Assembly (NCBI GenBank): GCA_963735805.1
Contig: CAVTMK010000001.1
Coordinates: forward strand, 288,001 to 352,000
Direction: 5' to 3'
DNA from: an uncultured Verrucomicrobiae bacterium
GTDB lineage: Bacteria > Verrucomicrobiota > Verrucomicrobiia > Chthoniobacterales > UBA10450
DNA length: 64,000 bases
The position numbers were made by a program, and so were the translations under genes. Positions 40,610 through 50,047 of this stretch are shown piece after piece. Under the pieces are notes generated by a model. It was not told the DNA's origin. It worked only from the letters and a program-made list of their open reading frames with translations, and ran no database searches. Every line of letters starts with the position of its first letter. Position 1 is the stretch's first letter.

Positions 40610-41803
40610 TCAGGCGAGTGCAGGTGCCGCCGACCGGTTGATTGCCCCAAGGCGCTTCAGCGGATCGCTTCGGCGAATCCACCCACCGCCGACTACGACG
40701 TCATCACTGTAAAACACCGCCGCTTGACCCGGCGTCACCGCCCTTTGCGGTTCGTGCAGTCGTACCTGCGCACGGCCGTCTTCGAGCGGGGTTATCGTTG
40801 CGGGAGTTCCTATATGGCTGTAACGAATTTTGACTGTCGCGTCGATTTCTTCGTTGTAGCCGGGGGCGTTGCCCCCGGTTTCTTGCGCATCGATCGCGCC
40901 GCCGCGGTCATCGCACGCAGCGACAGGATGCCAGTTCACCCGGTCGATCTCGAATTCGGCTATCAGTAAGTTGTCAGCGTCGCCCACAATCACGCGATTG
41001 GTGCCGGGATCGAGATCGACAACGTAACGCGGCCGGGACGAACCGCCCGGCAAACCTTTGCGTTGTCCTATCGTGAAAAGCTCGATGCCGTCGTGTACAC
41101 CCAGGAAGTTTCCCTCGACATCATAGATCTCGCCGTGATGAAACTCCTTTTCGCCCAGATGAGAGCGTAAAAATTCCTTGTAATCATTACCGGGCACAAA
41201 ACAGATTTCCTGGCTATCGATCTTGTCCGCAACCTTCAGGCCTAACGAATGCGCGATCGCGCGGATTTGAGGCTTCGTCATTTCGCCGAGGGGTGTTAGT
41301 GCACGCCGAAGCTGTGGCTGGCGCAGACTGAAAAGGAAATAGGATTGATCTTTGCCCGGGTCGCGACCCTTCCGCAAGACTGCATGATCCGCGTAATGTT
41401 CGATGATCGCGTAATGCCCTGTTGCGATGTACTCGCAGCCCAATGCCGCCGCTTTACTCCAGAGATTGCCGAACTTGAGCTTCTCGTTGCACATCACACA
41501 CGGGTTCGGCGTACGGCCAGCCTGGTATTCGCTTGAAAAGTAATCAATGACCAGCCGCTCGAACTGGTCGGCTTCATCAACGACGTAATGTGGAATTCCC
41601 AGTGAATGCGCCACGCCACGGGCGTCAGCTATCGCCTGGGGTCCACAGCACTTATCTTCCGCCCGGGAAATACAATCCTGCGGCCATACTTTCATGGTGA
41701 CGCCGATGACCTCGTGGCCTTGCTCGCGCAACAGATATCCTGCCACGCTGGAGTCCACTCCCCCGCTCATCCCGAGTAAAACGCGTTGTCCGGCCTTATT
41801 CAT
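40610..41803 (-). CDS. mnmA: tRNA 2-thiouridine(34) synthase with in-frame repeat insertion
   Basis: GMSGGVDSS; TPNPCVMCN; ATGHYA; KDQSYFL; DSQEICF; TIGQRKG; VTPGQAAVFY. Confidence 0.97.
   Translation of the reverse strand: MNKAGQRVLLGMSGGVDSSVAGYLLREQGHEVIGVTMKVWPQDCISRAEDKCCGPQAIADARGVAHSLGIPHYVVDEADQFERLVIDYFSSEYQAGRTPNPCVMCNEKLKFGNLWSKAAALGCEYIATGHYAIIEHYADHAVLRKGRDPGKDQSYFLFSLRQPQLRRALTPLGEMTKPQIRAIAHSLGLKVADKIDSQEICFVPGNDYKEFLRSHLGEKEFHHGEIYDVEGNFLGVHDGIELFTIGQRKGLPGGSSRPRYVVDLDPGTNRVIVGDADNLLIAEFEIDRVNWHPVAACDDRGGAIDAQETGGNAPGYNEEIDATVKIRYSHIGTPATITPLEDGRAQVRLHEPQRAVTPGQAAVFYSDDVVVGGGWIRRSDPLKRLGAINRSAAPALA
40853..40927. repeat. GTAG-type REP doublet inside mnmA
   Basis: GTTGTAGCCGGGGGCGTTGCCCCCGG facing CCTGTCGCTGCGTGCGATGACCGCGG on the minus strand; 75 nt = 25 codons. 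Confidence 0.7.
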
Positions 41804-41846
41804 TTTGAGCGAAGAACTTCGATCAATCGCAGTGCGAGTCAATGAG

Positions 41847-41895
41847 GTGGATCGGCCTGCTCTTAGCAGCGCGTTGAGGATAACGCGCGCTCCAC
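41847..41895. repeat. GTGG-type REP-like doublet between MPG and mnmA
   Basis: GTGGATCGG...GCGTTGAGGATAACGC..TCCAC; related CGCGTT..TCAACGCG hairpins near 19673 and 51370-51405. Confidence 0.6.
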
Positions 41896-42470
41896 TACAG
41901 TTTCACCGCCCGGCTTACGAATTCACTTCCCTTGAGCGTGAAGCGCCATGGATAGTGCGCGGACCGGGTGATACCGATGCGCTTGTCAGCGACCACATCT
42001 GCAGACTTTTTTGTTTTGCGGACGAAGCAATGAATTGGGTCGGAGCACAAATCCATTTCATGATGACGATTGGTGATGTCCAGCGCCTGCGTCAGCTTGC
42101 CAGGTCCCGAGCAAAGACGTTTCACGTCGTTAAGTCCGCGACGTTTCTTCATTTGTTCGATCCCTCTTCGCGGCTCCAACGCACGAATCAGGACGAAACC
42201 GTTCTCATCGCCTTTCACCAGCACGTTCAGCATCCAGTGCATTCCGTAATTGAAATAAATATAGGCCGCGCCGGCGTTGTTTCGGTCGATAAAATGACGC
42301 GCGCTTGGCCGTGTAAACGTATGCGCAGCCTCGTCGTTGATTGCCGCGTAAGCTTCCACCTCGACAACGATCCCCGAGCAATCGCCCCAAATTAGTTCTG
42401 TGCCGATCAACTCACGGGCGCACGTAAGCGGATGACGTTTAAAGAACGATGCGCGAACAATCGTGCTCAC
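41895..42470 (-). CDS. DNA-3-methyladenine glycosylase (MPG/AAG family)
   Basis: IVEVEAY; YIYFNYGMHWMLN; VLIRALEP; GPGKL; RIGI...PWRF. Confidence 0.93.
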   Translation of the reverse strand: MSTIVRASFFKRHPLTCARELIGTELIWGDCSGIVVEVEAYAAINDEAAHTFTRPSARHFIDRNNAGAAYIYFNYGMHWMLNVLVKGDENGFVLIRALEPRRGIEQMKKRRGLNDVKRLCSGPGKLTQALDITNRHHEMDLCSDPIHCFVRKTKKSADVVADKRIGITRSAHYPWRFTLKGSEFVSRAVKL

Positions 42471-42514
42471 TATCCTCTCTGCCCTGTCGTCAACCGGTCG
42501 CCTTGTGAACAGGT

Positions 42515-43276
42515 TTAGCTTTGTCGCTGTGGAGGTGGTTTATAGTAAACGTGAAGCGTGACTTTGCTGTCGACCGGCTTGCCGTCGCGAAATGCCGGGA
42601 TGAATTTTGCCCCATTGAAATCAGTCATTGCTGCTTCGCCGAAATTCAGAAACGGAGGTTCCTCGGACAGTACCTGCATGCTTTTCAGATTTCCCGCAGC
42701 GTCGACCTCCGCCTGGAGTTCGACCGCACCGGTCAAGCTCACCGTCGTAGGGACTTGAGGATAGTGCGTCCCCGTGAACTTCGAGTCCTGACCAACAAAC
42801 GGTTGGGGATCGATAAAATCGGTTTCCTTATCTATTTCCGGCAGTTGCTGATTGGCGAAGATGCGCAACCGCGGTTTGCCATTCACTACGGCGAACCTCA
42901 CTGTGCCGTAGAAAACGGCAAGAACCGGTTGATGATTGTGGATCGCTGGAATGAATTTCGTGGTGGCCAGACGTTTTAATACTTCTTTCTCGAGCAGCTC
43001 CGATCCCTTCGTGCCGCGATAAGTCCCGCTCGTCGCAATGTTCCCAGTCGGTGCCACGAGACAGGTAAACATAACCGCAGCGTCTTTTTGCCCCTTCTTA
43101 ATCAAATCGACAGTATCGATTGTGTTGATCAACGAGTTGGGACTTGTTCCGACCAGCGCGGGTCGGAACTCCGGCAGCGCCGGCGTTGGTGTCGGCGTCG
43201 CAGGTTTCTTCGTTTGTGATGATGCAAGGTTCGCGCCGAGAAGCAAACCAATCACACAGTAGGTCCGTAGTCGCAT
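42515..43276 (-). CDS. Exported protein with two TonB C-terminal-like domains
   Basis: Signal peptide; PATPTPTP linker; KFIPAIHNHQPV and KFIPAFRDGKPV. Confidence 0.7.
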   Translation of the reverse strand: MRLRTYCVIGLLLGANLASSQTKKPATPTPTPALPEFRPALVGTSPNSLINTIDTVDLIKKGQKDAAVMFTCLVAPTGNIATSGTYRGTKGSELLEKEVLKRLATTKFIPAIHNHQPVLAVFYGTVRFAVVNGKPRLRIFANQQLPEIDKETDFIDPQPFVGQDSKFTGTHYPQVPTTVSLTGAVELQAEVDAAGNLKSMQVLSEEPPFLNFGEAAMTDFNGAKFIPAFRDGKPVDSKVTLHVYYKPPPQRQS

Positions 43277-43324
43277 GGCGGAATAGGCAAGCAAAACGCG
43301 GCGCTTTTGCAAGGAGAACTGAAT

Positions 43325-44953
43325 CTATGCCGCGACGGGCATCTGGTTCACCGCCGCGATTCGGTGCACAATTTTATGACGTTGGAAATAAGCAATGAGC
43401 GCATCACGGGTTTGCACAGGATGCCGAATGGAATTGGACTCCGGTCGGTCGAGGAACGCGCGTAATTTCATGAAATGATGGCCGCCGCTGCGTGCGTCGA
43501 AACTGTTAAACGCTATGGCGTATTTCTTGTTGCGATCCAGGGGCTCCCCGCTAGACAGCGTCATCGAGACGATTCGACAGCCGTCGCCGCGACCTTCTGC
43601 CTTCACGTCAAACCCAAGAAGGTTGCGCTTCTCGTGGCTGCCGAACACTTCCTCCATCGCAATTTTTATTTCCTGAGGCGAGAGGCGCGCTGTCACGATG
43701 TAGTTTTCGAACGGAATCACATTCCAGATATCGTTGACTGTTTTGGGCCCGGCGACCAAATCGGATTTGTCATCGAATGTTCCGTGCATGACACCACTAA
43801 CGGGTATATGTCGGTCCAGCAACGTTTCCATTATCGCCGTCCCGATCAGCATCTCCACGTCGCTCGGTCGACCGGGGGCACTTCGTCCTCGCAGCGTCTC
43901 GGCAACGTCGCCGATCGGATCGGACAACGTCTCCTCCGATTCGGCAAGCTGCGATTTTGCTCGTGAAACGATCGCACTATCAAAGGCGACCCGATTGTCC
44001 ATCAACTCGCAGATTGCTGCCCGCTGCAGCAGCTTTTTGGAATTGCGGTCGAATAGAAGGTCGACGCGCCCCACGTGAATCCCGAAATGATCAGCCTGCG
44101 TAAACAACACGCCATTTGTTAGCCGATTCGGAATGTCCTGGTGAGTATGGCCGGCGATAAAGGCTACGATCTCTGGAAATTCAGAAGTTAACGCCATTAC
44201 CGTATTGGCGAAGTCATCACCGCCGGTGCGATTCTTTAGTCCCATGTGACCCGTCACCACTATCGCGTCCGCGCCCTTGCTCTTCGCCCTCGCGATGGCG
44301 CGGCGAACGACCTCGACGGGGTGCCGGAAATCAAGTCCCCGGGTAAATTCCGGCCAAAGCCAAAACTGCATTCCCGGCGTAGTGACCCCGATAATTGCGA
44401 GTTTGATTCCCGCAATCTCCTTCAAGATGAATGGCTGAATTCGTGCAAATGGATGTTTCGCATCTGGCAATTCGCCGGCCAATTTTCCTTCCATTTGCAT
44501 GTTCGCTCCAAGAACCGGCATGTTTGATTGTTGCAATGCGTGCTGAAAGCATTCCATCCCCCAATCGAATTCATGATTGCCGACGACCCAGGCGTCGTAT
44601 TCGAGATGATTGAGCAGATCGATCATCAGCGCGCCATTGTTGCGGAGACTTACATCGGTGCCCTGATACACGTCGCCGACGTCGATCAGGATCGAGTTTG
44701 GATTTTCCTGCCTCCAGCGTTTGATTTGTGTCGCGCAGCGCGCCAATCCGCCGCGATCTGGGCTTCCATCGTAGTCGAAGGTTGGCAAAATATGGCCGTG
44801 CAAATCCGTCGTGTGGAGGATTGAAATACAAACCGCGTCGGGGTTGAGAGCGGCAGCAGCGCTGGCGAGAGTCGGAACAGCGCTGACCAGCCCCGCTTGA
44901 CCGGCGAGTTTCAAAAACTTCCGCCTGCTCCAGGATGTGTGCGCGTCAAACAT
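43325..44953 (-). CDS. Tat-exported 5'-nucleotidase/UshA-type metallophosphoesterase
   Basis: SRRKFLK; HTTDLHG; DVGD; GNHEFD; GHTH; C-terminal IPFEN. Confidence 0.92.
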   Translation of the reverse strand: MFDAHTSWSRRKFLKLAGQAGLVSAVPTLASAAAALNPDAVCISILHTTDLHGHILPTFDYDGSPDRGGLARCATQIKRWRQENPNSILIDVGDVYQGTDVSLRNNGALMIDLLNHLEYDAWVVGNHEFDWGMECFQHALQQSNMPVLGANMQMEGKLAGELPDAKHPFARIQPFILKEIAGIKLAIIGVTTPGMQFWLWPEFTRGLDFRHPVEVVRRAIARAKSKGADAIVVTGHMGLKNRTGGDDFANTVMALTSEFPEIVAFIAGHTHQDIPNRLTNGVLFTQADHFGIHVGRVDLLFDRNSKKLLQRAAICELMDNRVAFDSAIVSRAKSQLAESEETLSDPIGDVAETLRGRSAPGRPSDVEMLIGTAIMETLLDRHIPVSGVMHGTFDDKSDLVAGPKTVNDIWNVIPFENYIVTARLSPQEIKIAMEEVFGSHEKRNLLGFDVKAEGRGDGCRIVSMTLSSGEPLDRNKKYAIAFNSFDARSGGHHFMKLRAFLDRPESNSIRHPVQTRDALIAYFQRHKIVHRIAAVNQMPVAA

Positions 44954-45060
44954 CGCCTATTTCAACAGGCATACATACTACTCCCTCACCGCCCAGTATC
45001 TCAATGAAAATGCTGAGACTCAGCAACTTGACCGTGAGACTGTTTCGCTGACACTTTCTC

Positions 45061-46440
45061 ATGCTTGACGAAAAAGCGATTGCCGATTTCAAGACGAACC
45101 TGCGCGGACGACTAATCGAGCCGGGCGACAAAGATTACGATGAAGCCCGCAAGGTGCACAACGGAATGATTCACAAAAAGCCTCGGCTCATCGCCCGTTG
45201 TAGCGATGTCGCCGACGTCATTAATTCCGTAAACTTCGCGAGAGAAAATAATCTTCTTGTCTCAATCCGCGGTGGTGGACATAACGCGGGAGGATTGGGA
45301 GTTTGCGATGACGGGTTAGTCATCGAGCTCAGCCCGATAAAATATACGCGGGTCGATCCAGCAGCGCGCACGGTCACTGTCGGAGGTGGATGCACATGGG
45401 GCGATGTCGATCACGCGACGCACGTGTTTGGGCTCGCGACGCCTAGCGGAATCATTTCCACTACCGGTGTCGGCGGATTGACCCTTGGCGGCGGAGTGGG
45501 ACATCTCACACGTAAATGTGGGTTGAGCATCGATAACCTCCTCTCAGCTGATGTTGTATTGGCCAATGGCAATTTCGTTAAAGCCAACGCCGATGAAAAT
45601 CCCGATTTGTACTGGGCGCTTCGCGGCGGCGGCGGAAATTTCGGCGTGGTAACGTCATTGACTTTCAAGCTGCATCCGATCGACATGATCTATGGCGGAC
45701 CGATGCTGTATGAATTGAGCAACACAGCCGACGTAATGAAATGGTATCGCGACTTTATTCCAGCAGCGCCTGATGATCTAAGCGGCTTTTTCGCTTTTCT
45801 CACGGTCCCGCCGGTTGCGCCTTTCCCGGAACATCTGCACATGAAGAAAATGTGCGGCATTGTGTGGTCGTATGTGGGAGCACAGGAGAAGGCAGAGGAA
45901 ACCTTCAAACCGATTCGCGCTTTTAAGAAGGCTGCTCTCGATTTTGTAGGTCCCCTGCCGCAACCGGCCCTTCAAAGCATGTTCGATGCGCTGTATCCTC
46001 CGGGTTTGCAGTGGTACTGGCGCGCCGATTTCGTCAATGAGCTGAGCGATGATGCCATTAAGCAACACATTCGCTTTGGTGAAGCGCTTCCAACCATGCA
46101 TTCCACCATGCATATGTATCCCATCGATGGAGCTGCATCCCGGGTTGGCAAGGGCGATACGGCCTGGAATTATCGGGACGCCCAATGGGCGCAGGTGATC
46201 GTCGGCGTTGATCCTGACCCAGCAAACAAGGATAAAATCGTTTCATGGACGAAGAGTTACTACGATGCCGTTCATCCATATTCCGCCGGCGGCGCATACG
46301 TAAATTTTTTGATGGGCGATGAAGGCGAAGACCGCGTGAAAAAAACCTACGGCGACAATTATCGGCGGCTTGCCACGACTAAGAAGAAATACGATCCGGA
46401 CAATTTCTTCCGCGTGAACCAAAATATTAAGCCGAGCTAG
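45061..46440 (+). CDS. FAD-binding oxidoreductase (BBE/VAO family)
   Basis: RGGGHN; TGVGGLTLGGG; WALRGGGGNFGVVT; KKKYDPDNFFRVNQNI. Confidence 0.93.
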   Translation: MLDEKAIADFKTNLRGRLIEPGDKDYDEARKVHNGMIHKKPRLIARCSDVADVINSVNFARENNLLVSIRGGGHNAGGLGVCDDGLVIELSPIKYTRVDPAARTVTVGGGCTWGDVDHATHVFGLATPSGIISTTGVGGLTLGGGVGHLTRKCGLSIDNLLSADVVLANGNFVKANADENPDLYWALRGGGGNFGVVTSLTFKLHPIDMIYGGPMLYELSNTADVMKWYRDFIPAAPDDLSGFFAFLTVPPVAPFPEHLHMKKMCGIVWSYVGAQEKAEETFKPIRAFKKAALDFVGPLPQPALQSMFDALYPPGLQWYWRADFVNELSDDAIKQHIRFGEALPTMHSTMHMYPIDGAASRVGKGDTAWNYRDAQWAQVIVGVDPDPANKDKIVSWTKSYYDAVHPYSAGGAYVNFLMGDEGEDRVKKTYGDNYRRLATTKKKYDPDNFFRVNQNIKPS

Positions 46441-46521
46441 TTGTAGCGGCGCGCGCACGGATCGGGAAAAACACAGGCGCCCACCGCGGCCGACGCCTCG
46501 AGAACGAAGGAACCAGGGTTC

Positions 46522-47034
46522 ATGACAGCTGACGAGCTAAGATTGTCACAAGCACCGTTCAAGGCGAAGTATCGAGACCGTCCTGAAACGGCGCTTGTGA
46601 CTTTGCATGCGGAAGGTCGAGTCGGCGAAAATATCACCTGTAAAATCGAAACGGGAAAAGGCCGTGTCGAAACCGGGCTTCATCCGGCGACTGGCGGCGA
46701 TGGAAAAAGCGCGTGCTCAGCCGACATGCTGCTCGAAGCTCTGGTTGGGTGCGCAGGCGTCACCTTAAGCGCTGTCGCAACCGCTTTAAACATCCCGTTA
46801 CGCGGTGCGAAAATCCTAGCAGAAGGCGATCTAGATTTTCGCGGTACCCTCGGAGTTTCCAAAGATGTGCCAGTTGGTTTCAAAGAAATCCGACTCAATT
46901 TCGATTTAGATGCCGACGCGAGTGAAGAACAGCTCGCCACATTGATCCGACTGACAGAACGGTACTGTGTTGTCTATCAAACACTAAGCCAGCCGGCGAA
47001 CATCCACGTTTTGCATCGCCTGATATCGCGCTAA
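46522..47034 (+). CDS. OsmC-family protein
   Basis: GLHPATGG; EALVGCAG; TERYCVVYQTL (two Cys). Confidence 0.88.
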   Translation: MTADELRLSQAPFKAKYRDRPETALVTLHAEGRVGENITCKIETGKGRVETGLHPATGGDGKSACSADMLLEALVGCAGVTLSAVATALNIPLRGAKILAEGDLDFRGTLGVSKDVPVGFKEIRLNFDLDADASEEQLATLIRLTERYCVVYQTLSQPANIHVLHRLISR

Positions 47035-47045
47035 AATCTCCCCGT

Positions 47046-47882
47046 ATGCCGTTATACATGGACATTCACAATCTCCCGGAGGGAACGACTCCGGAAGATA
47101 TCGCGAAAGCCCACGCGAAGGATATGGAAACCCAGCGCAAATATGGCGTTGAGTACACCAAATATTGGATGAACGAGGGTGGACGGAAGGTCTTCTGCCT
47201 CTGCCATGCGCCAAACGCGGAAGCGGCAGAATGTGTACATCGTGAAGCACACGGGATGGCCGCGGAGAAGATTATTGAAATACAGCCCGAAGTAGCAGAA
47301 GGATTTTTCGGTAGTTCGGAAACGAATGGGGCAGGTGCGGTGGTGTTGCCGGGCGGGGGAGTTGATGCGCGCGATCCTGGAATCCGAACCGTTCTTTTCA
47401 CGGACGTTGTAAATTCCACGACGTTGACTCAATCGCTCGGTGACGAGGCGGCGCTCGCAATCCTCGGCGTGCATGACACGATTGTGCGGGACGCCTTGTC
47501 CGCCCTTGGCGGCCGCGAGATCAAGCATACTGGCGACGGGATCATGGCGTCCTTCATCTCCACAGCTGGCGCCGTTCGTTGCGCAATCCAGGTCCAGCGT
47601 GAGTTAGACAAACACGCAAAAACGAATCCCAAGGGCGCGCTCAAGGTTCGAGTCGGTGCCGCAGCGGGCGAACCTGTCGAGCAACACAATGATCTGTTTG
47701 GATCGACAGTTCAGCTGGCCTCCCGCTTATGTGCTCACGCGCAACCGGAACAAATCCTCGTATCGAACGCAATCGCCGAGTTATGTCTCGGAAAAGGCTT
47801 CCTCTTCGAAGATCTCGGCGAAATCATGCTCAAAGGCTTTGGTTCCCCGGTCCGCGCCCACGCCGCGGCATGGAAGCAGTGA
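47046..47882 (+). CDS. DUF4242 (SCO4226-like) domain fused to class III nucleotide cyclase
   Basis: YMDIH..AHAKD..YW..FCLCHAP..VHREAHG; LFTDVVNST; IKHTGDG; DLFGSTVQLASRL. Confidence 0.88.
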   Translation: MPLYMDIHNLPEGTTPEDIAKAHAKDMETQRKYGVEYTKYWMNEGGRKVFCLCHAPNAEAAECVHREAHGMAAEKIIEIQPEVAEGFFGSSETNGAGAVVLPGGGVDARDPGIRTVLFTDVVNSTTLTQSLGDEAALAILGVHDTIVRDALSALGGREIKHTGDGIMASFISTAGAVRCAIQVQRELDKHAKTNPKGALKVRVGAAAGEPVEQHNDLFGSTVQLASRLCAHAQPEQILVSNAIAELCLGKGFLFEDLGEIMLKGFGSPVRAHAAAWKQ

Positions 47883-47920
47883 ATTAGACGAAAAATAATT
47901 CGCGATGTTTTACGAACTTT

Positions 47921-47939
47921 CGCCTAATCATAGTGAGGC
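47921..47939 (+). other. Degenerate attI-like simple site (array start)
   Basis: CGCCTAA-TCATA-GTGAGGC; GTGAGGC is one mismatch from the GTTAGGC expected from cassette 1 R'' GCCTAAC; ATG 12 nt downstream. Confidence 0.5.
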
Positions 47940-47951
47940 GTCTGACACGCC

Positions 47952-48408
47952 ATGACCTGGCTAATCTCACTTTGTTTTCGCGATCGCCGCCGCGATCTGT
48001 GCATTTTTTCGGCCCGTTTGGGCATGGTGCATCATTGCCCCACCGGAACTCTTTTTACTCTGGATGGCCTTCTCGTTATTCAGGCGTAGGTATCGAGAGC
48101 TGCCCATGCTCTCCCCGGACGCACAGACACTCTTCCAGCAGTATCCGCACTATTATTCCATGCCATTTGCCTGCAGTGATTTTGGTTCCGCTGCCGTCTA
48201 TCTCCAGTTTACGGGGATCGCGTTACTCATCATTGGACTTTTCAAGGGATTTTGGTGGGGCATCGCCATTGGCATTCTCAACACCGTTTTGATGGCCTTC
48301 TTAGCCTTTCGCTTCGATCCCAGACCTTATATCAGAGGCCAGTATCAGATCGCAGCACATCAAGAACTCATGAGCTATGTGTCTCCTGACACCAAGGCCG
48401 ACGCCTAA
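47952..48408 (+). CDS. Cassette 1: membrane hypothetical protein (apparent +1 frameshift at T4 47975-47978)
   Basis: MTWLISLCF then shifted AIAAAICAFFRPVWAWCII..., continuous with ORF 48064-48408; stop TAA inside R''. Confidence 0.7.
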
Positions 48409-48528
48409 CCAGACGCTCCAGCCAACCGCTCTTTGGCGTTGCGCGTCGATGTCGATCTTGATTAATGTATTCTCAACTGTTAGTCGGCCTCGCTCCCAGA
48501 GCGGTGGCTGAGCTCCATGTCGTTAGAT
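48403..48528 (+). other. attC site 1 (126 bp)
   Basis: GCCTAAC...CTCCAGCCAACCGCTCT / AGAGCGGTGGCTGAG...GTTAGAT with extrahelical bases. Confidence 0.92.
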
Positions 48529-48536
48529 GTAACCGC

Positions 48537-48854
48537 ATGTCACGGATACTCCTCACGCTTGCGAGCACTGTGCTTTGCTCTACGATGGCACACGCCAAGA
48601 CTTCTGAGGTGTCACTCTCGGGCGGTGATGGCTCGTCGTTCGCAAAAGCAATTGTGGTCAAAGCGCCCACTGACCACGCGGGTGTCAACGCGCAGCATGA
48701 CTATATAGGCAAACACTTCGGGAAGTGGCGTACTATCGGCGTGCAGTCTGTTGAGCATAATAAACGGCTCTTCGACATCATGACTTTTACCACCGCTAAT
48801 GGAAAGAAACATACGCTATACTTCGATATCACGGATTACTACGGCAAGTTGTGA
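48537..48854 (+). CDS. Cassette 2: small exported hypothetical protein
   Basis: Signal MSRILLTLASTVLCSTMAHA; SGGDGSSFAKAIVV...LYFDITDYYGK. Confidence 0.8.
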   Translation: MSRILLTLASTVLCSTMAHAKTSEVSLSGGDGSSFAKAIVVKAPTDHAGVNAQHDYIGKHFGKWRTIGVQSVEHNKRLFDIMTFTTANGKKHTLYFDITDYYGKL

Positions 48855-48866
48855 TGGCACAAAAAC

Positions 48867-48989
48867 ATCTAACAAACGCTGCAGCCGACGGCTACCCGCT
48901 GTGCGTCCAGCTTTTATCATGATTAAAACAGTTCTGGAGTTTTTCAGCCGCGCTCCCGGTAGCCGCGGCTGAGCTTTTTCTCGTTAGGC
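48867..48989 (+). other. attC site 2 (123 bp)
   Basis: ATCTAAC...CTGCAGCCGACGGCTACC / GGTAGCCGCGGCTGAG...GTTAGGC. Confidence 0.93.
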
Positions 48990-48991
48990 GT

Positions 48992-49315
48992 ATGAGCGTC
49001 CACGATAGATTCACGTATACGAAGCGCATGATTCTATTCGGCATATTAATTCCGTGGAGCGTTGCTATGATTATCGGCGTTACCGGTGCCGCAGATCACA
49101 GCCGGTTGTTCTCGACCATTGGGGTGATCGCCGTTATGCTGCTCATGTCGGCTATTGGATGCGTTTACCTTTTCGCCTTCCGCTGCCGTCGTTGTCGGAA
49201 GTCCCTCGCGATGATCAGCAACCGCGGCGGTTCGTCATTCCCGCAAGACGTCCGCTACTGCCCGTACTGCGGGTTAGACCTGGAGCTAGAGACCGATGCA
49301 GCGCGAAACGCCTAA
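48992..49315 (+). CDS. Cassette 3: 2-TM protein with C-terminal zinc ribbon
   Basis: Two hydrophobic helices, then CRRC...CPYC; stop in R''. Confidence 0.78.
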   Translation: MSVHDRFTYTKRMILFGILIPWSVAMIIGVTGAADHSRLFSTIGVIAVMLLMSAIGCVYLFAFRCRRCRKSLAMISNRGGSSFPQDVRYCPYCGLDLELETDAARNA

Positions 49316-49432
49316 CAAATCGCTGCAGCCGACGGCTACCCGCTGTGCAATCACATTTTTCATGACTAAAACACTAGAGGAGATTTTCACGCTCGCCGCC
49401 GGTAGCCGCGCCTGAGCTCTTTCTCGTTAGGT
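49310..49432 (+). other. attC site 3 (123 bp)
   Basis: GCCTAAC...CTGCAGCCGACGGCTACC / GGTAGCCGCGCCTGAG...GTTAGGT; arms nearly identical to attC2. Confidence 0.93.
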
Positions 49433-49447
49433 GACTGAACGCGCAGT

Positions 49448-49912
49448 GTGCAAATCGAGCTCCTTGCAGACCGTCCCGAGTTCATCCCCACGCTCGCAGA
49501 GTGGCACTTTCGCGAGTGGGCCTACCTCCGGCCCGGGGATTCTGTGGCGAATCGCGTTCGACTACTGCAGGAGCGCTCAGGCCGCACCGACCTTCCCGTC
49601 ACGTTCGTTGCGTCCTCTCCCACAGGGCTACTCGGCTCGGCCATGCTTATCCACCATGAGATGGACACCCATCCACAGTTCACTCCTTGGCTTGCCGGCG
49701 TTTTCGTTGCTCCGGCCCATCGTGGCCACGGCATTGGGCGCACGCTCGCGGAACATGTCGTGCGCGAGGCTGCAGCGCGCGGTTATTCCACCGTTTATCT
49801 CTTCACGCCCAGCGCTGCGGATTTCTTTTCGCGTCTCGGTTGGAGTATCGTCGAGCACACGCGGTACAAAGGTGCCGATGTCGCTATCATGTCGCACACC
49901 CAACTCGCCTAA
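49448..49912 (+). CDS. Cassette 4: GNAT N-acetyltransferase
   Basis: PWLAGVFVAPAHRGHGIGRTL; LFT...FFSRLGW; stop in R''. Confidence 0.92.
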   Translation: MQIELLADRPEFIPTLAEWHFREWAYLRPGDSVANRVRLLQERSGRTDLPVTFVASSPTGLLGSAMLIHHEMDTHPQFTPWLAGVFVAPAHRGHGIGRTLAEHVVREAAARGYSTVYLFTPSAADFFSRLGWSIVEHTRYKGADVAIMSHTQLA

Positions 49913-50002
49913 CCAATCGATGAAGCCAACGTCCCCATTACGGGATACGATCAGCGTGTTTGCCACGACACCCTGCCGTGGCTTATCTCTTTCTCGTTAG
50001 GC
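49907..50002 (+). other. attC site 4 (96 bp, different subtype)
   Basis: GCCTAAC...ATGAAGCCAACG / CGTGGCTTAT...GTTAGGC. Confidence 0.88.
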
Positions 50003-50047
50003 CTCATTTTTGTCGCAGACACAGAACAAGACAGATAGAGATTCAAT

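Noticed and set aside
49431..50000. 189-aa ORF overlapping the GNAT cassette
   Set aside because: Alternative frame of the GNAT gene; only its attC4-encoded tail is considered, under the mini-ORF finding.
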